The notes under the pieces were generated by a model. That model saw only the letters and a list, made by a program, of their open reading frames with translations. It did not search any database and was not told the origin of the DNA. Below, piece after piece: positions 26,745 to 36,049 of a DNA stretch of 64,000 nt; position 1 is the first letter of the stretch; each line of letters opens with the position of its first letter. The stretch is from Escherichia phage vB_EcoM_DE16. Location: sequence record OP595145.1, one strand, 5' to 3'. Both the position numbers and the translations under genes were made by a program.

Positions 26745-29700
26745 ATGGCAACATTCCCAACATATCCAGCAACGTCTCTCGAACAGGGCGTAGACCTGGT
26801 TATTTTCTCATCTAACCAACTCCATGATGTTATTAATGGAAGTGCTACAGAGAGTATTGAAACAGAATCAGGGTTGATACCAACCCTGAGAAAAGCCCTT
26901 GTTGACAACTTTTTCTTTAAAAGCCCATTGGATTGGGCGCAAGGCACAAACGAAACAGTTTTTAACCAACTTCGTTATTTCCAGAATGGAGTATTGAGCG
27001 GTTATTACTATGCCCCTAACGCTACATTGGTTAACCCAATCCCTATGCAAGGGACTCCAGTAGGAGATAACAACTGGGTATTGTGGGGACTGAAAACAGA
27101 ACAATTAGCAACAGAAGTCACCCCGTGGGTATACTCTGGTGCAACGGGTTATGAAACAGTAATTAGTCCTCCTTACATCTTTGATAGTGCTATTGTTACG
27201 ATCAATGGTGTTATTCAGGTTCTGGGGGAAGCTTTCCGTATAGAAGATAGTAAGATCATCTTATCTGAACCTTTGGGACACGATCCTGCAACAGGACTAC
27301 CAAACAAGCTTTTTGCTTATATTGGTAAAATCGTAGCTTCAGCAGATACAGATCCTAATCTAGAGAACCGTCTTGTTAGTTTAGAAACAAAAACGGAAGA
27401 ACTAACAGAAAGCATGGATAAAGTCCCTCTGCAAACTATTGCTCGTAAATATGGTTTGTTAGATGATGAGGTGGCTTACGCAACAGCAGGTCAATCGTTA
27501 ACAGGGATTAAAGCTCTGTATGATCCAGTAGCACAGTCTTCCTACACATTACCTCCTAACATCACAGGAACTTTAACATCCTTGTCTGTTTCTGGAGTAA
27601 TGACTTATTCTGGGGGGTCTGTAGATCTTTCTGCACTAGCTGTTGAACGTGGACAGTTTGTTCATTTGCCTACAAGCTTTGGTAATAACGTAACTCTGAC
27701 AGCTAAAAATCAGACGATTGGACGTGGTGCTGGTCGTTATCGTTGGGCTGGAAGTTTACCAAAAAGTATTTTGGCTTCTGATACATTGGAGACAAGCGGT
27801 GGATTAGGTCCAAATGCATGGGTTCTGACCAATACAGAAGGACTGTTAACCCCTCGTGGTGGAACATACAACGATTTATTCGATGTTGTCTACTTGTCAG
27901 AATTTGCTAACAACACAACAACATATACCACACCAGAAGCAGCTTTCCAAGCGGCACTGTTAGCAGCAAAAGCTTCGAAAAGCAAGATTCTCGATGCTTA
28001 CGGTTGCGATATGACTTTCACGACAAGCTCTTTTGATATTCAAGGTATCACTTTGCGTGGGGGTGTGTTCCGTGGTCAACGCGACTATCGTGTGCAAAAT
28101 GCTACAGTAGAAGGCACAACTTTCCGTAACTCTCGTGTTATGTATTGGGGTGGTGCTGTGCGCATGTTCGATTGTTTGTGGGACGGTGCTCCTCGCGCAG
28201 GTCAAGTTGGTAGCTTGGTATTCCAAGGCAACCCAATATCAGGTACTTTTGAAATTGATAATTGTACTTTTAAAAACGGGTTATACGGCATCCTTCAACA
28301 AGGAACAGGGGAACCAGTAACACGTGGTGTCTTCCGTAACCTTACCTTCATGGACATGCAAGGTGATGCAATAGAACTGAACGTCATCAATAAACATTAT
28401 GACGATGGTTGTGTGATTGAGAATATTTACCTGTCTAATATCGATGGAACTAATGCTCCTATTCCTCTGTCCAACTGGGGTATCGGTATTGGTGTAGCTG
28501 GTAAAGGACCATATGGTTACGGAATCCCTGATGATCAATATTGTAAGAATATTACAATTCGTAACGTTTTTGCAAAACGTTGCCGTCAGATTGTCCACGT
28601 AGAAGTTGGTCGTAATATCTCTATCGAAAACATTCATGGCGATCCAGACCAGACTGTATCTGTTGGGACAGGTTTGGCAACTGGCGCAGTTGTAATGTAT
28701 GGAAGTAAAGATTTTACGATTGATGGTGTTTATGGAGAGCCTAAAACAGACGGTAGCACACTTGCAAGTAATATCCGTATGATTTATTTGGAGTGGGGAA
28801 CTAACGCAGTTCTGGACGAAGAGGGTAATCCGGTAGTTCCGGCACAGGGCAGACCTTCAAATCCATGCTTTAACTATTCTGTTCGTAACATTCACACCAA
28901 AACTGGGCGTGTTTTTGCGGGAGTTTCCGCTGGGCCAGGTTATGAAAACAGAGTTAGCTTTGAAAATATTCGTTGCGCTGCATTGCAGTTGTTCGGTATA
29001 GCTTCTTGGCTTTCAATGTCTAACATCACCTGTAATATCTTCGATTGTGTTGGTCAACCTGAATCTGGTCCAGGGACATTTTATGATGGATTCTTCCGTA
29101 GAGAAAAATCTGTTCTTGAAATGGTTAACGTAAACTGTTACCCAGATGGCAAGACGATGGTTACTGGTCGTCCACAGTGGAGCCGTTGCCGTTACTCGGA
29201 TATTCATCGTGTCAACTGTAATGTTGAAGCTAATATGTATACCAATATCGCAGGTGGTATTGGAGCTATTGTAGGGACAACGGGCAAAGTTTATTACTTA
29301 GAGCCTAATCCTAGTCGAAACATTGATGGAATGCATTTCCCAACAGGGAAAGAGTTTGACAAAGGGGATATGATAGTCAAGGCGGATAATACGTTCTTCC
29401 TTGTAACAACAAGTGGGGCATATATTCCAGATATCCCAGCTTTCGGTATTCGAGCTACACAGGCAGGAGATACCTTCCTGACACAGAACTTGACTCCTAA
29501 CGGGACAGCAACAAATGCTTCTTGGTTGTATCATTACCCTCTGTCAGCAGGGACACGTATCCGTATTCCTGGTGCTGGTGTAGGTGGAGCAGATTTGGAC
29601 ACAGTTATTACTCGTGCACCTTATCAAGATAATGATACGTGGACTAACCCAGTTAAAATAGACATTGCAGATCCAATTGTAACGCCTACAAGTGCTGGAG

Positions 29701-29798
29701 TTAGAATTAAAACCATACCTAATGATTCCAGTAATGTTTCTGTAGGTAATACTGCGGTTATTCGCCCAACGCCAGTAGTAGATGTGCCAACAACCTAA
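26745..29798 (+). CDS. large tailspike with beta-helix-like domain (possible polysaccharide depolymerase)
   Basis: 1017 aa; central region shows beta-helix-like repeats (NITIRNVFAKRCRQIVHVEVGRNISIENIHG); contains the module shared with the 22113 ORF. Confidence 0.5.
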   Translation: MATFPTYPATSLEQGVDLVIFSSNQLHDVINGSATESIETESGLIPTLRKALVDNFFFKSPLDWAQGTNETVFNQLRYFQNGVLSGYYYAPNATLVNPIPMQGTPVGDNNWVLWGLKTEQLATEVTPWVYSGATGYETVISPPYIFDSAIVTINGVIQVLGEAFRIEDSKIILSEPLGHDPATGLPNKLFAYIGKIVASADTDPNLENRLVSLETKTEELTESMDKVPLQTIARKYGLLDDEVAYATAGQSLTGIKALYDPVAQSSYTLPPNITGTLTSLSVSGVMTYSGGSVDLSALAVERGQFVHLPTSFGNNVTLTAKNQTIGRGAGRYRWAGSLPKSILASDTLETSGGLGPNAWVLTNTEGLLTPRGGTYNDLFDVVYLSEFANNTTTYTTPEAAFQAALLAAKASKSKILDAYGCDMTFTTSSFDIQGITLRGGVFRGQRDYRVQNATVEGTTFRNSRVMYWGGAVRMFDCLWDGAPRAGQVGSLVFQGNPISGTFEIDNCTFKNGLYGILQQGTGEPVTRGVFRNLTFMDMQGDAIELNVINKHYDDGCVIENIYLSNIDGTNAPIPLSNWGIGIGVAGKGPYGYGIPDDQYCKNITIRNVFAKRCRQIVHVEVGRNISIENIHGDPDQTVSVGTGLATGAVVMYGSKDFTIDGVYGEPKTDGSTLASNIRMIYLEWGTNAVLDEEGNPVVPAQGRPSNPCFNYSVRNIHTKTGRVFAGVSAGPGYENRVSFENIRCAALQLFGIASWLSMSNITCNIFDCVGQPESGPGTFYDGFFRREKSVLEMVNVNCYPDGKTMVTGRPQWSRCRYSDIHRVNCNVEANMYTNIAGGIGAIVGTTGKVYYLEPNPSRNIDGMHFPTGKEFDKGDMIVKADNTFFLVTTSGAYIPDIPAFGIRATQAGDTFLTQNLTPNGTATNASWLYHYPLSAGTRIRIPGAGVGGADLDTVITRAPYQDNDTWTNPVKIDIADPIVTPTSAGVRIKTIPNDSSNVSVGNTAVIRPTPVVDVPTT

Positions 29799-29804
29799 TG
29801 GAAT

Positions 29805-29825
29805 AGAGGGGGATTCCCCCTCTTC
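29805..29825 (+). terminator. hairpin terminator after tailspike gene
   Basis: AGAGGGGG-ATT-CCCCCTCT followed by TCTTCC. Confidence 0.45.
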
Positions 29826-29859
29826 TTCCAATAGAATGGTCTAATGATAGGAGAGATAA

Positions 29860-31884
29860 ATGAATTTAACAAGACCTAATAGTGCGATAGCCGATCTGGT
29901 AGAAGCTACTTATCGAAAACGTCGCAGCTTTGAGGCAGGTTTTACATTACGTAATTCCCGTGAAGTTTTGCTGTTAGCAGCAGAAGGGAATTATTACCAA
30001 TGGAAAGGAACTTTTCCTAAAGTTGTTCCAGCAAACTCTACGCCAGCCACCACAGGTGGTATTTCTTCCCTTGCATGGCAAAGTGTTGGGACCGCTGATG
30101 ATATAGCAATTATCAATGCCAAGTTTACAGCAATGCAGCAACAGATTGATGATCTGTCGGAAACAATACCTGAAGCTGGTAAATCGGCTTATCAGATCGC
30201 ACTTGATAATGGTTTTGTTGGAACAGAAGCACAATGGCTTGCTTCTTTGAAAGGGGATACTGGTGCTCAACTTAATATTAAAGGATCATTAGCAAGCACT
30301 AGTGAACTACCATCCACAGGTAACGTTGCAGGGGATGGTTATATCGTAGGTGATGTAATCTACGCTTGGGATGGTTCTGTTTGGAAACTTATTTCTTCTC
30401 TTGGGCCAGAAGGTAAATCAGCTTACGAGGTATGGTTGGCAGATGGTAATACAGGATCTGTTTATGATTTTCTTACCTCTATAAAAGGTGATAAAGGTGA
30501 TGTTGGTCCTACAGGGCCACAGGGAGCACCTGGTGTTAACGCCAACGGTTTTGATTATCGTGGGGATTTGCCTTCTACAAGTAACTTACCACAACCTAAC
30601 TCTGAAAACGTAAGCCAAGCTTATTCTATCAATGGTAATCTTTATGTCTCTAATGGGACAGCTTGGGTCAACATGGGTAATATTGTTGGTCCTCAAGGTC
30701 CACAAGGTGAGGCAGGTAAAGACGGTCTTGATGGAACAGATGGAGATGAAGGGAAATCTGCATATCAAAGTTGGCTGGATGCTGGTAATGAAGGGACAGA
30801 AGTAGATTTTATTGCCTCACTTAAAGGTCCAAAAGGAGACAAGGGTGATCAAGGAGAGCGAGGTCCACAAGGTGAACTAGGTCCACAAGGACCAGTGGGT
30901 GCAACAGGATCAGGTTTAGAGATTATCGGGGTTCTGAACAGTGAAGCTGAACTTCCTCCTACTGGAGAAGTAGGTGATGCATATAAAATTAATAATGATT
31001 TGTATGTTTGGATTCAAGATGCTACGGAATGGATGAATGTTGGCAGTCTTGGAGGAACATCAATTACAGCTAAAGGTCATGTTCCGAACAGTGAAGCTCT
31101 CCCTGTTTATAATAACTATGGTGATGCCTATTTAACTGAAGACACTAGTAATCTTTACATCTATACCTACGATCAAGACACCAATTCCGCATCTTTTGTT
31201 GACATGGGAAGTATTAAAGGCGACAAAGGTGAAAAAGGGGATAAAGGAGATAAGGGTGATCCTGGAACAAACGGAACCAACGGTACTGATGGGACCAACG
31301 GTAAGGACGGCGCACAGTGGTTTGTAGCAACAACTAATCCAGTTGCAGGAGACGGTGTTATCAATGATTACGCTTTCAACACTACCACTGGAGCAGTGTT
31401 TAAGAAAACAGATTCTTCTACATGGACACTTATAGGAACTCTTCCTAGTATACCAGAAGCACCTCAAGACGGCTTGACGTATGGTCGTTCTGATGGGAAC
31501 TGGATCGAAATATCAGGATCAGATCCTACAGAAGCTATAACACCAACTAAAGTTACAGCAGGTTTCATGGAACTTGAAACAACTACTGCCAACTCTGGAG
31601 CATCTTGGACTCCTTCTGGAACTTCCAATATGTATGTTGTTACAGTAACTGACGCTCTGACAGTTGGAGCATGGCCTGGTGTCACTGGCTCTACAAAGCC
31701 TAAAGCGTTTTCAGCAATGATTTATTTGATTCAAGATACAACGGGACACACGGTTACACTAGATGCGTCTTATGGAGCACTGAATGATACAGAAATAGCA
31801 ACTACTGCTAACGCAGTAACAATTTTGCAATTAACGTATCCTGGTGTGGGTGATATCGTGGACATGGTTGTTGTAACACGATAA
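29860..31884 (+). CDS. tail fiber protein with collagen-like Gly-X-Y repeats and phage tail-fibre repeats
   Basis: 674 aa; G-X-Y runs (KGDKGDQGERGPQGELGPQGPVGATG; KGDKGEKGDKGDKGDPGTNGTNGTDGTNGKDG) and three GKSAY...WL..GN.G...DF..S.KG repeats. Confidence 0.65.
   Translation: MNLTRPNSAIADLVEATYRKRRSFEAGFTLRNSREVLLLAAEGNYYQWKGTFPKVVPANSTPATTGGISSLAWQSVGTADDIAIINAKFTAMQQQIDDLSETIPEAGKSAYQIALDNGFVGTEAQWLASLKGDTGAQLNIKGSLASTSELPSTGNVAGDGYIVGDVIYAWDGSVWKLISSLGPEGKSAYEVWLADGNTGSVYDFLTSIKGDKGDVGPTGPQGAPGVNANGFDYRGDLPSTSNLPQPNSENVSQAYSINGNLYVSNGTAWVNMGNIVGPQGPQGEAGKDGLDGTDGDEGKSAYQSWLDAGNEGTEVDFIASLKGPKGDKGDQGERGPQGELGPQGPVGATGSGLEIIGVLNSEAELPPTGEVGDAYKINNDLYVWIQDATEWMNVGSLGGTSITAKGHVPNSEALPVYNNYGDAYLTEDTSNLYIYTYDQDTNSASFVDMGSIKGDKGEKGDKGDKGDPGTNGTNGTDGTNGKDGAQWFVATTNPVAGDGVINDYAFNTTTGAVFKKTDSSTWTLIGTLPSIPEAPQDGLTYGRSDGNWIEISGSDPTEAITPTKVTAGFMELETTTANSGASWTPSGTSNMYVVTVTDALTVGAWPGVTGSTKPKAFSAMIYLIQDTTGHTVTLDASYGALNDTEIATTANAVTILQLTYPGVGDIVDMVVVTR
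30470..31320 (+). repeat. coding collagen-like (G-X-Y)n segments inside the tail fiber gene
   Basis: Four separate Gly-X-Y blocks in the translated sequence; boundaries approximate. Confidence 0.6.
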
Positions 31885-31886
31885 CA

Positions 31887-31912
31887 GAAGCCCCGAAAGG
31901 GGCTTTCTTTTT
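31887..31912 (+). terminator. rho-independent terminator after collagen-like fiber gene
   Basis: AGCCCC-GAAA-GGGGCT followed by TTCTTTTT. Confidence 0.7.
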
Positions 31913-31925
31913 ATGGAGGGTTTAA

Positions 31926-34598
31926 ATGTTTCCAATTCCAATATTTACTATTATGACCAGCACTGGTGTCGTTCCTCTGCCAGCAGGTATTGTTAAAAAA
32001 GTAATTACTTTAGATTACCCAGATAACGCTGGTAATTCTAACAGCAGTTTAGCAATTTTGCTTAATGATGGTAGATTGTTTACTCAAGGCGCAAACCTCT
32101 TTGGTGAGATTGCAGATGGAACTCGTAGTGCACGATTCAATAATTTCCACTTAGCTTCTACTGTAGTAGCAGATGTGTTTACCGCAGATCGTTGTTTTGT
32201 TATTAAAACTAACAGTGGGGGATGGCAATATTCAGGATTGACAGCAGGGTTGGTAGGATCTATAGCAGCAGGTGGTACGGATGCATGTGTAACTACTTGG
32301 ACCAGCTTTCCATCTGTAATAACAGGGACTATTTCTTTAGCCAATCTTAAAGAGGTTAAAGGAGGGTATAACAATACTCTCTGGTTAATGAATAGTGGTG
32401 TTCTTTATGGATCGGGTCAAAACACAGTAGGCAGTTTAGGTGCAAGCACTACTAACGAAGTTTCTACTCCTCGTCAGATAACAAGCGCAGCAGTTGCTTT
32501 TGATGCAGGTTACAACCAATGCTCTTATGTCAACAATGTGGGAACCTTGCGTGTTTGTGGAGCTAGTAAAGGTTTAGCAGGTAATAATAACACAACAACC
32601 GCTTTTGTCAATGCCAAGATATCCACTACTGAAACAGTGTATGTCAAAGATTACATCAATACAGTTTCCCAGACAATAGTTGTAGGAGATACCTCCGGTG
32701 GTACGGGTACGGTAAACTACTTATATGTTAGGTCTAATACAGAAACAACCTACACTAAACTGGACACCTTTGCAGCAGGTTTCTCAACATGGAAGTTTCC
32801 ACCAAGCCGCCACTCTTTTTTCGTTGGGATCAATAATTCCTTGTGGGCTATTGGTAAGAACTACACTGCAAACTTAGGTTTGGGGTATGATTCTGCGAGC
32901 GGAGATCCGCTTCAAGTGGGAAAACCAGTTAAACCTGAAGGAGTGGGTTCCTGGGATATAAACAAGCTCACAAGCGTTCATACGCTGAATATGGATGTTA
33001 CTAACCAATTAGGTTATCAAGGAACCTTTTTCGTTTATAACGGGGATATGTATTATTCCGGTATTTGGAAAGATGGGAAAGCCTCGTATCTGTTCAATAG
33101 TGGTTTAAACTATAATAAATTCACACCAATAGCAAGCTCTGTGATTACAGGGGATGTGCTGGCAACTAGCTTAACTACAGATTCTTTAGGAATTTGTATT
33201 GTAGGTGGAACTAAACAGTTGACGCATTCTGTTAGCCCAGAAGGAGGTAAACTTTTCAATATTAAATACACTTCTTCTGCCCCTGCAAACATGACAATAT
33301 CATCTACTGGTTTAATGACTTTCCATGCAGAAGGTGGTTTTGATGCAGGTATGACAGCCTTAAACGCTGAAGGAACAACTTTATCAGATACCTCTGGAGG
33401 ATATGCTTCAACATTAAGTGTTTACACCCCTAGCTTATCTGCGATGGATGTAGGAACAACACAAACAATGGTAGCAGAAATAACGCCAACAGGGGCAGCA
33501 AGCTTACCTGGTATGGTTGTTGAGTATACAACTACAGATCCTAATGTTGCTACAGTAGATCCTACAACTGGTGTAATAACTGGTGTTGGTGATGGTGGTT
33601 GTAGAATTGGTTGCACAGCTACGTATCAAGGTGTTGTTACCGCTTCTGATAGTTCTTATTTAACGGTGAACGCTGTTGCGGGAAAGGAGTTAGCTCCATC
33701 TCCGAGTAGTAGTTTAACGGTTCTAAACGGATATTTCAACCACTCGGCAGATGGGGCAATCACGTTCCCAATTTTATCGGGTACTGTCACACCAGCTAAC
33801 TTTGTAGTTAAGGTGGATGACGTTGTAATACCTTCAAATAAAGTAATATTTAGAAATAAAGCTTTCTCTACAGTGGATAGTTATCCAGCAGGAGAATATA
33901 GACTGGCTATTGAATTTGCAAGTGCTTCAGTAGTGAATAGTGTTGATGTGTCTATGGAAGCAAATCCAGATCTTTTAGAATTATGGGGCGGCAACAGAAT
34001 TGGTTATTCTACAAGCCCAGCCTCACAATTCTTAAAAGGTTGTGCTAACTTAAGACGAATAACTTCTGATTGTTTTAGTAACACATCTTACACCGGAACA
34101 TCTATAAGTGGTATCTTCTCTGGCTGTACAAGTTTGACAGCTATCCCTGAAGGATTATTCAGTGATGCTTTATTTCCTTCAATGACAACAATGTCAAGCA
34201 CGTTTGAAGGTTGTACATCTTTAACATCTATTCCTTCAGATTTATTTAAGAATCTGTCAAAAGTTACAAGATATTCTTACACCTTTAAAGATTGCACCTC
34301 TCTTGCAGAAGTTCCAGCAGGAATGTTTGATAATATTCCAACGAAAGTGACCTCTTTAACAGCTACATTCCAAGGTTGTTTAGCACTTACAGATTTTAAT
34401 AAAATCTTTAATGACAATCCAGGGTTAACTGTTTGTGGTAAACGTGGATCATTATCTTCTTTCTTTAGTGGATGCACAAATCTTACAGGAACAGGAACAA
34501 CATTAACAAATACATTAGGCGGAGTAGCTAATAGTTACCTATTCAGGTATTGCACAAAACTTTCTGATTATAATAATATTCCTTCGGGTTATAAATAA
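31926..34598 (+). CDS. multidomain tail-associated protein: RCC1-like repeats + Big_2 Ig-like domain + BspA-type leucine-rich repeats
   Basis: 890 aa; RCC1-like stretches (NSLWAIGKNYTANLGLG, SGVLYGSGQNTVGSLG); Big_2-like TTTDPNVATVDPTTGVITGVGDGGCRIGCTATYQG; C-terminal repeats FSGCTSLTAIPEGLF / FEGCTSLTSIPSDLF / FKDCTSLAEVPAGMF. Confidence 0.55.
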   Translation: MFPIPIFTIMTSTGVVPLPAGIVKKVITLDYPDNAGNSNSSLAILLNDGRLFTQGANLFGEIADGTRSARFNNFHLASTVVADVFTADRCFVIKTNSGGWQYSGLTAGLVGSIAAGGTDACVTTWTSFPSVITGTISLANLKEVKGGYNNTLWLMNSGVLYGSGQNTVGSLGASTTNEVSTPRQITSAAVAFDAGYNQCSYVNNVGTLRVCGASKGLAGNNNTTTAFVNAKISTTETVYVKDYINTVSQTIVVGDTSGGTGTVNYLYVRSNTETTYTKLDTFAAGFSTWKFPPSRHSFFVGINNSLWAIGKNYTANLGLGYDSASGDPLQVGKPVKPEGVGSWDINKLTSVHTLNMDVTNQLGYQGTFFVYNGDMYYSGIWKDGKASYLFNSGLNYNKFTPIASSVITGDVLATSLTTDSLGICIVGGTKQLTHSVSPEGGKLFNIKYTSSAPANMTISSTGLMTFHAEGGFDAGMTALNAEGTTLSDTSGGYASTLSVYTPSLSAMDVGTTQTMVAEITPTGAASLPGMVVEYTTTDPNVATVDPTTGVITGVGDGGCRIGCTATYQGVVTASDSSYLTVNAVAGKELAPSPSSSLTVLNGYFNHSADGAITFPILSGTVTPANFVVKVDDVVIPSNKVIFRNKAFSTVDSYPAGEYRLAIEFASASVVNSVDVSMEANPDLLELWGGNRIGYSTSPASQFLKGCANLRRITSDCFSNTSYTGTSISGIFSGCTSLTAIPEGLFSDALFPSMTTMSSTFEGCTSLTSIPSDLFKNLSKVTRYSYTFKDCTSLAEVPAGMFDNIPTKVTSLTATFQGCLALTDFNKIFNDNPGLTVCGKRGSLSSFFSGCTNLTGTGTTLTNTLGGVANSYLFRYCTKLSDYNNIPSGYK

Positions 34599-34599
34599 G

Positions 34600-34628
34600 A
34601 AAAGGAGCCATTTGGCTCCTTTCTTTTA
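34600..34628. terminator. bidirectional terminator at convergence of plus and minus transcription units
   Basis: GGAGCC-ATTT-GGCTCC hairpin flanked by A-run on one side and T-run on the other, between the stops of the 31926 (+) and 34663 (-) genes. Confidence 0.6.
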
Positions 34629-34662
34629 TTCAGCATTCAACCTCACACACTTGAAACAAACC

Positions 34663-35595
34663 TTAGAAGCAATGCAGGAAGTTTCGACCATATTGCAGTC
34701 CAATAGGAGCAAATGGAATATCATCGTCGAAGTCCATTGGAGGTTCTTCTTGATTACTTGGAGTTGGTTCTGGTTGTGGTTCAGGCTTCTTAACTTCTTT
34801 CTTCTCTTCTTTCTTAGGTTGTTCTGCGGAACCACGAATGGCAGCAGCAACTTTATCAGACAGAGCCAGAACTTTACGAGCAGAGTCAATCAGATCTTCT
34901 ACAGATACAGTCTTAATGGTATGGTCTTTACAAGCATTGAGAATAGCGTGACCAACAGATGCCCCAAGATCATAATCATTAATATCAACGCCACGAGATT
35001 CAGCAATTTCCGATTTCAGCGTGACAGTTGCAGATTGAACAACCCCAGCGATATCGAAAGCATCACCTTTAACACCATTACGAATCAGTTCCAGTGCACC
35101 ATTTACTGCGTGACCAGTTTCCAGACCTACAGTATCACGTTTTTTATAGGACTGCTTAGGAGCAGCATCGTTGGAACCTTTATTGCCAGAAGATTTGTTA
35201 GACTTCTGAACACCATCGGTAGACAATACTGTAATACGAGATTTTTTAGTATTGTAGTAAGTTTTACCGCCTTTATTATCAACGCGATCAATATCAATAC
35301 TTACTTCTACACCTTTTTCAATAGTGATCCAATTATCACCTTCTTTGACTTGCAGGTTTTCATAACCTTCTTTCAGTTCAATGTCACCAAGAGAAATCCA
35401 AACACCTTTCTCATCTGGTTTAGCACCTTTCTCTTTCAGAACAAGAGAAGCTCGGTGAGTTGAAACAATCGTTTTTCCTTCCCAATGAAAAGTTTTAGGT
35501 TCAGCGAATTTATCCAGTTTAACGTAGTCTACGATACCAGTTGCATAAGTTACGGTTTTGCCTTTACGATCAGTTTCAGTATTAATTACGGACAT
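34663..35595 (-). CDS. single-stranded DNA-binding protein-like, carrying an E. coli SSB-type acidic tip motif
   Basis: 310 aa; RBS GAGGAG; acidic/proline-rich tail with PPMDFDDDIPF followed by 15 more residues; N-terminal beta-rich region. Confidence 0.45.
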   Translation of the reverse strand: MSVINTETDRKGKTVTYATGIVDYVKLDKFAEPKTFHWEGKTIVSTHRASLVLKEKGAKPDEKGVWISLGDIELKEGYENLQVKEGDNWITIEKGVEVSIDIDRVDNKGGKTYYNTKKSRITVLSTDGVQKSNKSSGNKGSNDAAPKQSYKKRDTVGLETGHAVNGALELIRNGVKGDAFDIAGVVQSATVTLKSEIAESRGVDINDYDLGASVGHAILNACKDHTIKTVSVEDLIDSARKVLALSDKVAAAIRGSAEQPKKEEKKEVKKPEPQPEPTPSNQEEPPMDFDDDIPFAPIGLQYGRNFLHCF

Positions 35596-35611
35596 TATTA
35601 TCTCCTCTACA

Positions 35612-36004
35612 TTACATTAATTTTGCACAGAAAGAACGGAGTCTTTCCATATCATCTTGCTCTAACAGGTATTTACCTTTACCTATTCCAACTCCAATTT
35701 CACCATTAGGAAAATGAACTATTTGCACTGGGAAACCTCCGAGTTTAATTGTGGCAGCTTTGCCTTCTTCGTCTATAACGTTTCGGATTGTATCTTGCAG
35801 TGAAATGAATTCTTTGTTTGTAACGGTGGTTTCAATTATTTCAGATGTTTCAACACGAGCAGTTAGCTTCTTGTTTCCACCTTGAATAACCAAAATTTGA
35901 AAATAAAAAGAGTTGTCAAGACCTACAACATTTTTCTCAACTAGTGTCAAACTGGTATAGTTTCCATAAACAGTTTCAACAGCTATCTTAGAACGTTCAG
36001 TCAT
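35612..36004 (-). CDS. hypothetical protein
   Basis: 130 aa ORF in the minus-strand operon. Confidence 0.4.
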   Translation of the reverse strand: MTERSKIAVETVYGNYTSLTLVEKNVVGLDNSFYFQILVIQGGNKKLTARVETSEIIETTVTNKEFISLQDTIRNVIDEEGKAATIKLGGFPVQIVHFPNGEIGVGIGKGKYLLEQDDMERLRSFCAKLM

Positions 36005-36049
36005 TGAATGCTATCCTATCATAAAATGTTTAATATTGTCAAGCTTTAA

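Noticed and set aside
30470-31320. Nucleotide-level repetitiveness that could be mistaken for a tandem repeat or CRISPR-like array
   Set aside because: The repeats are in-frame Gly-X-Y collagen-like coding repeats inside a long ORF; no spacer-repeat architecture
34612-35463. 283-aa plus-strand ORF overlapping the SSB-like gene
   Set aside because: Low-complexity F/L/N-rich translation, no RBS, and fully antisense to a well-supported minus-strand gene with a strong RBS; treated as a spurious shadow ORF
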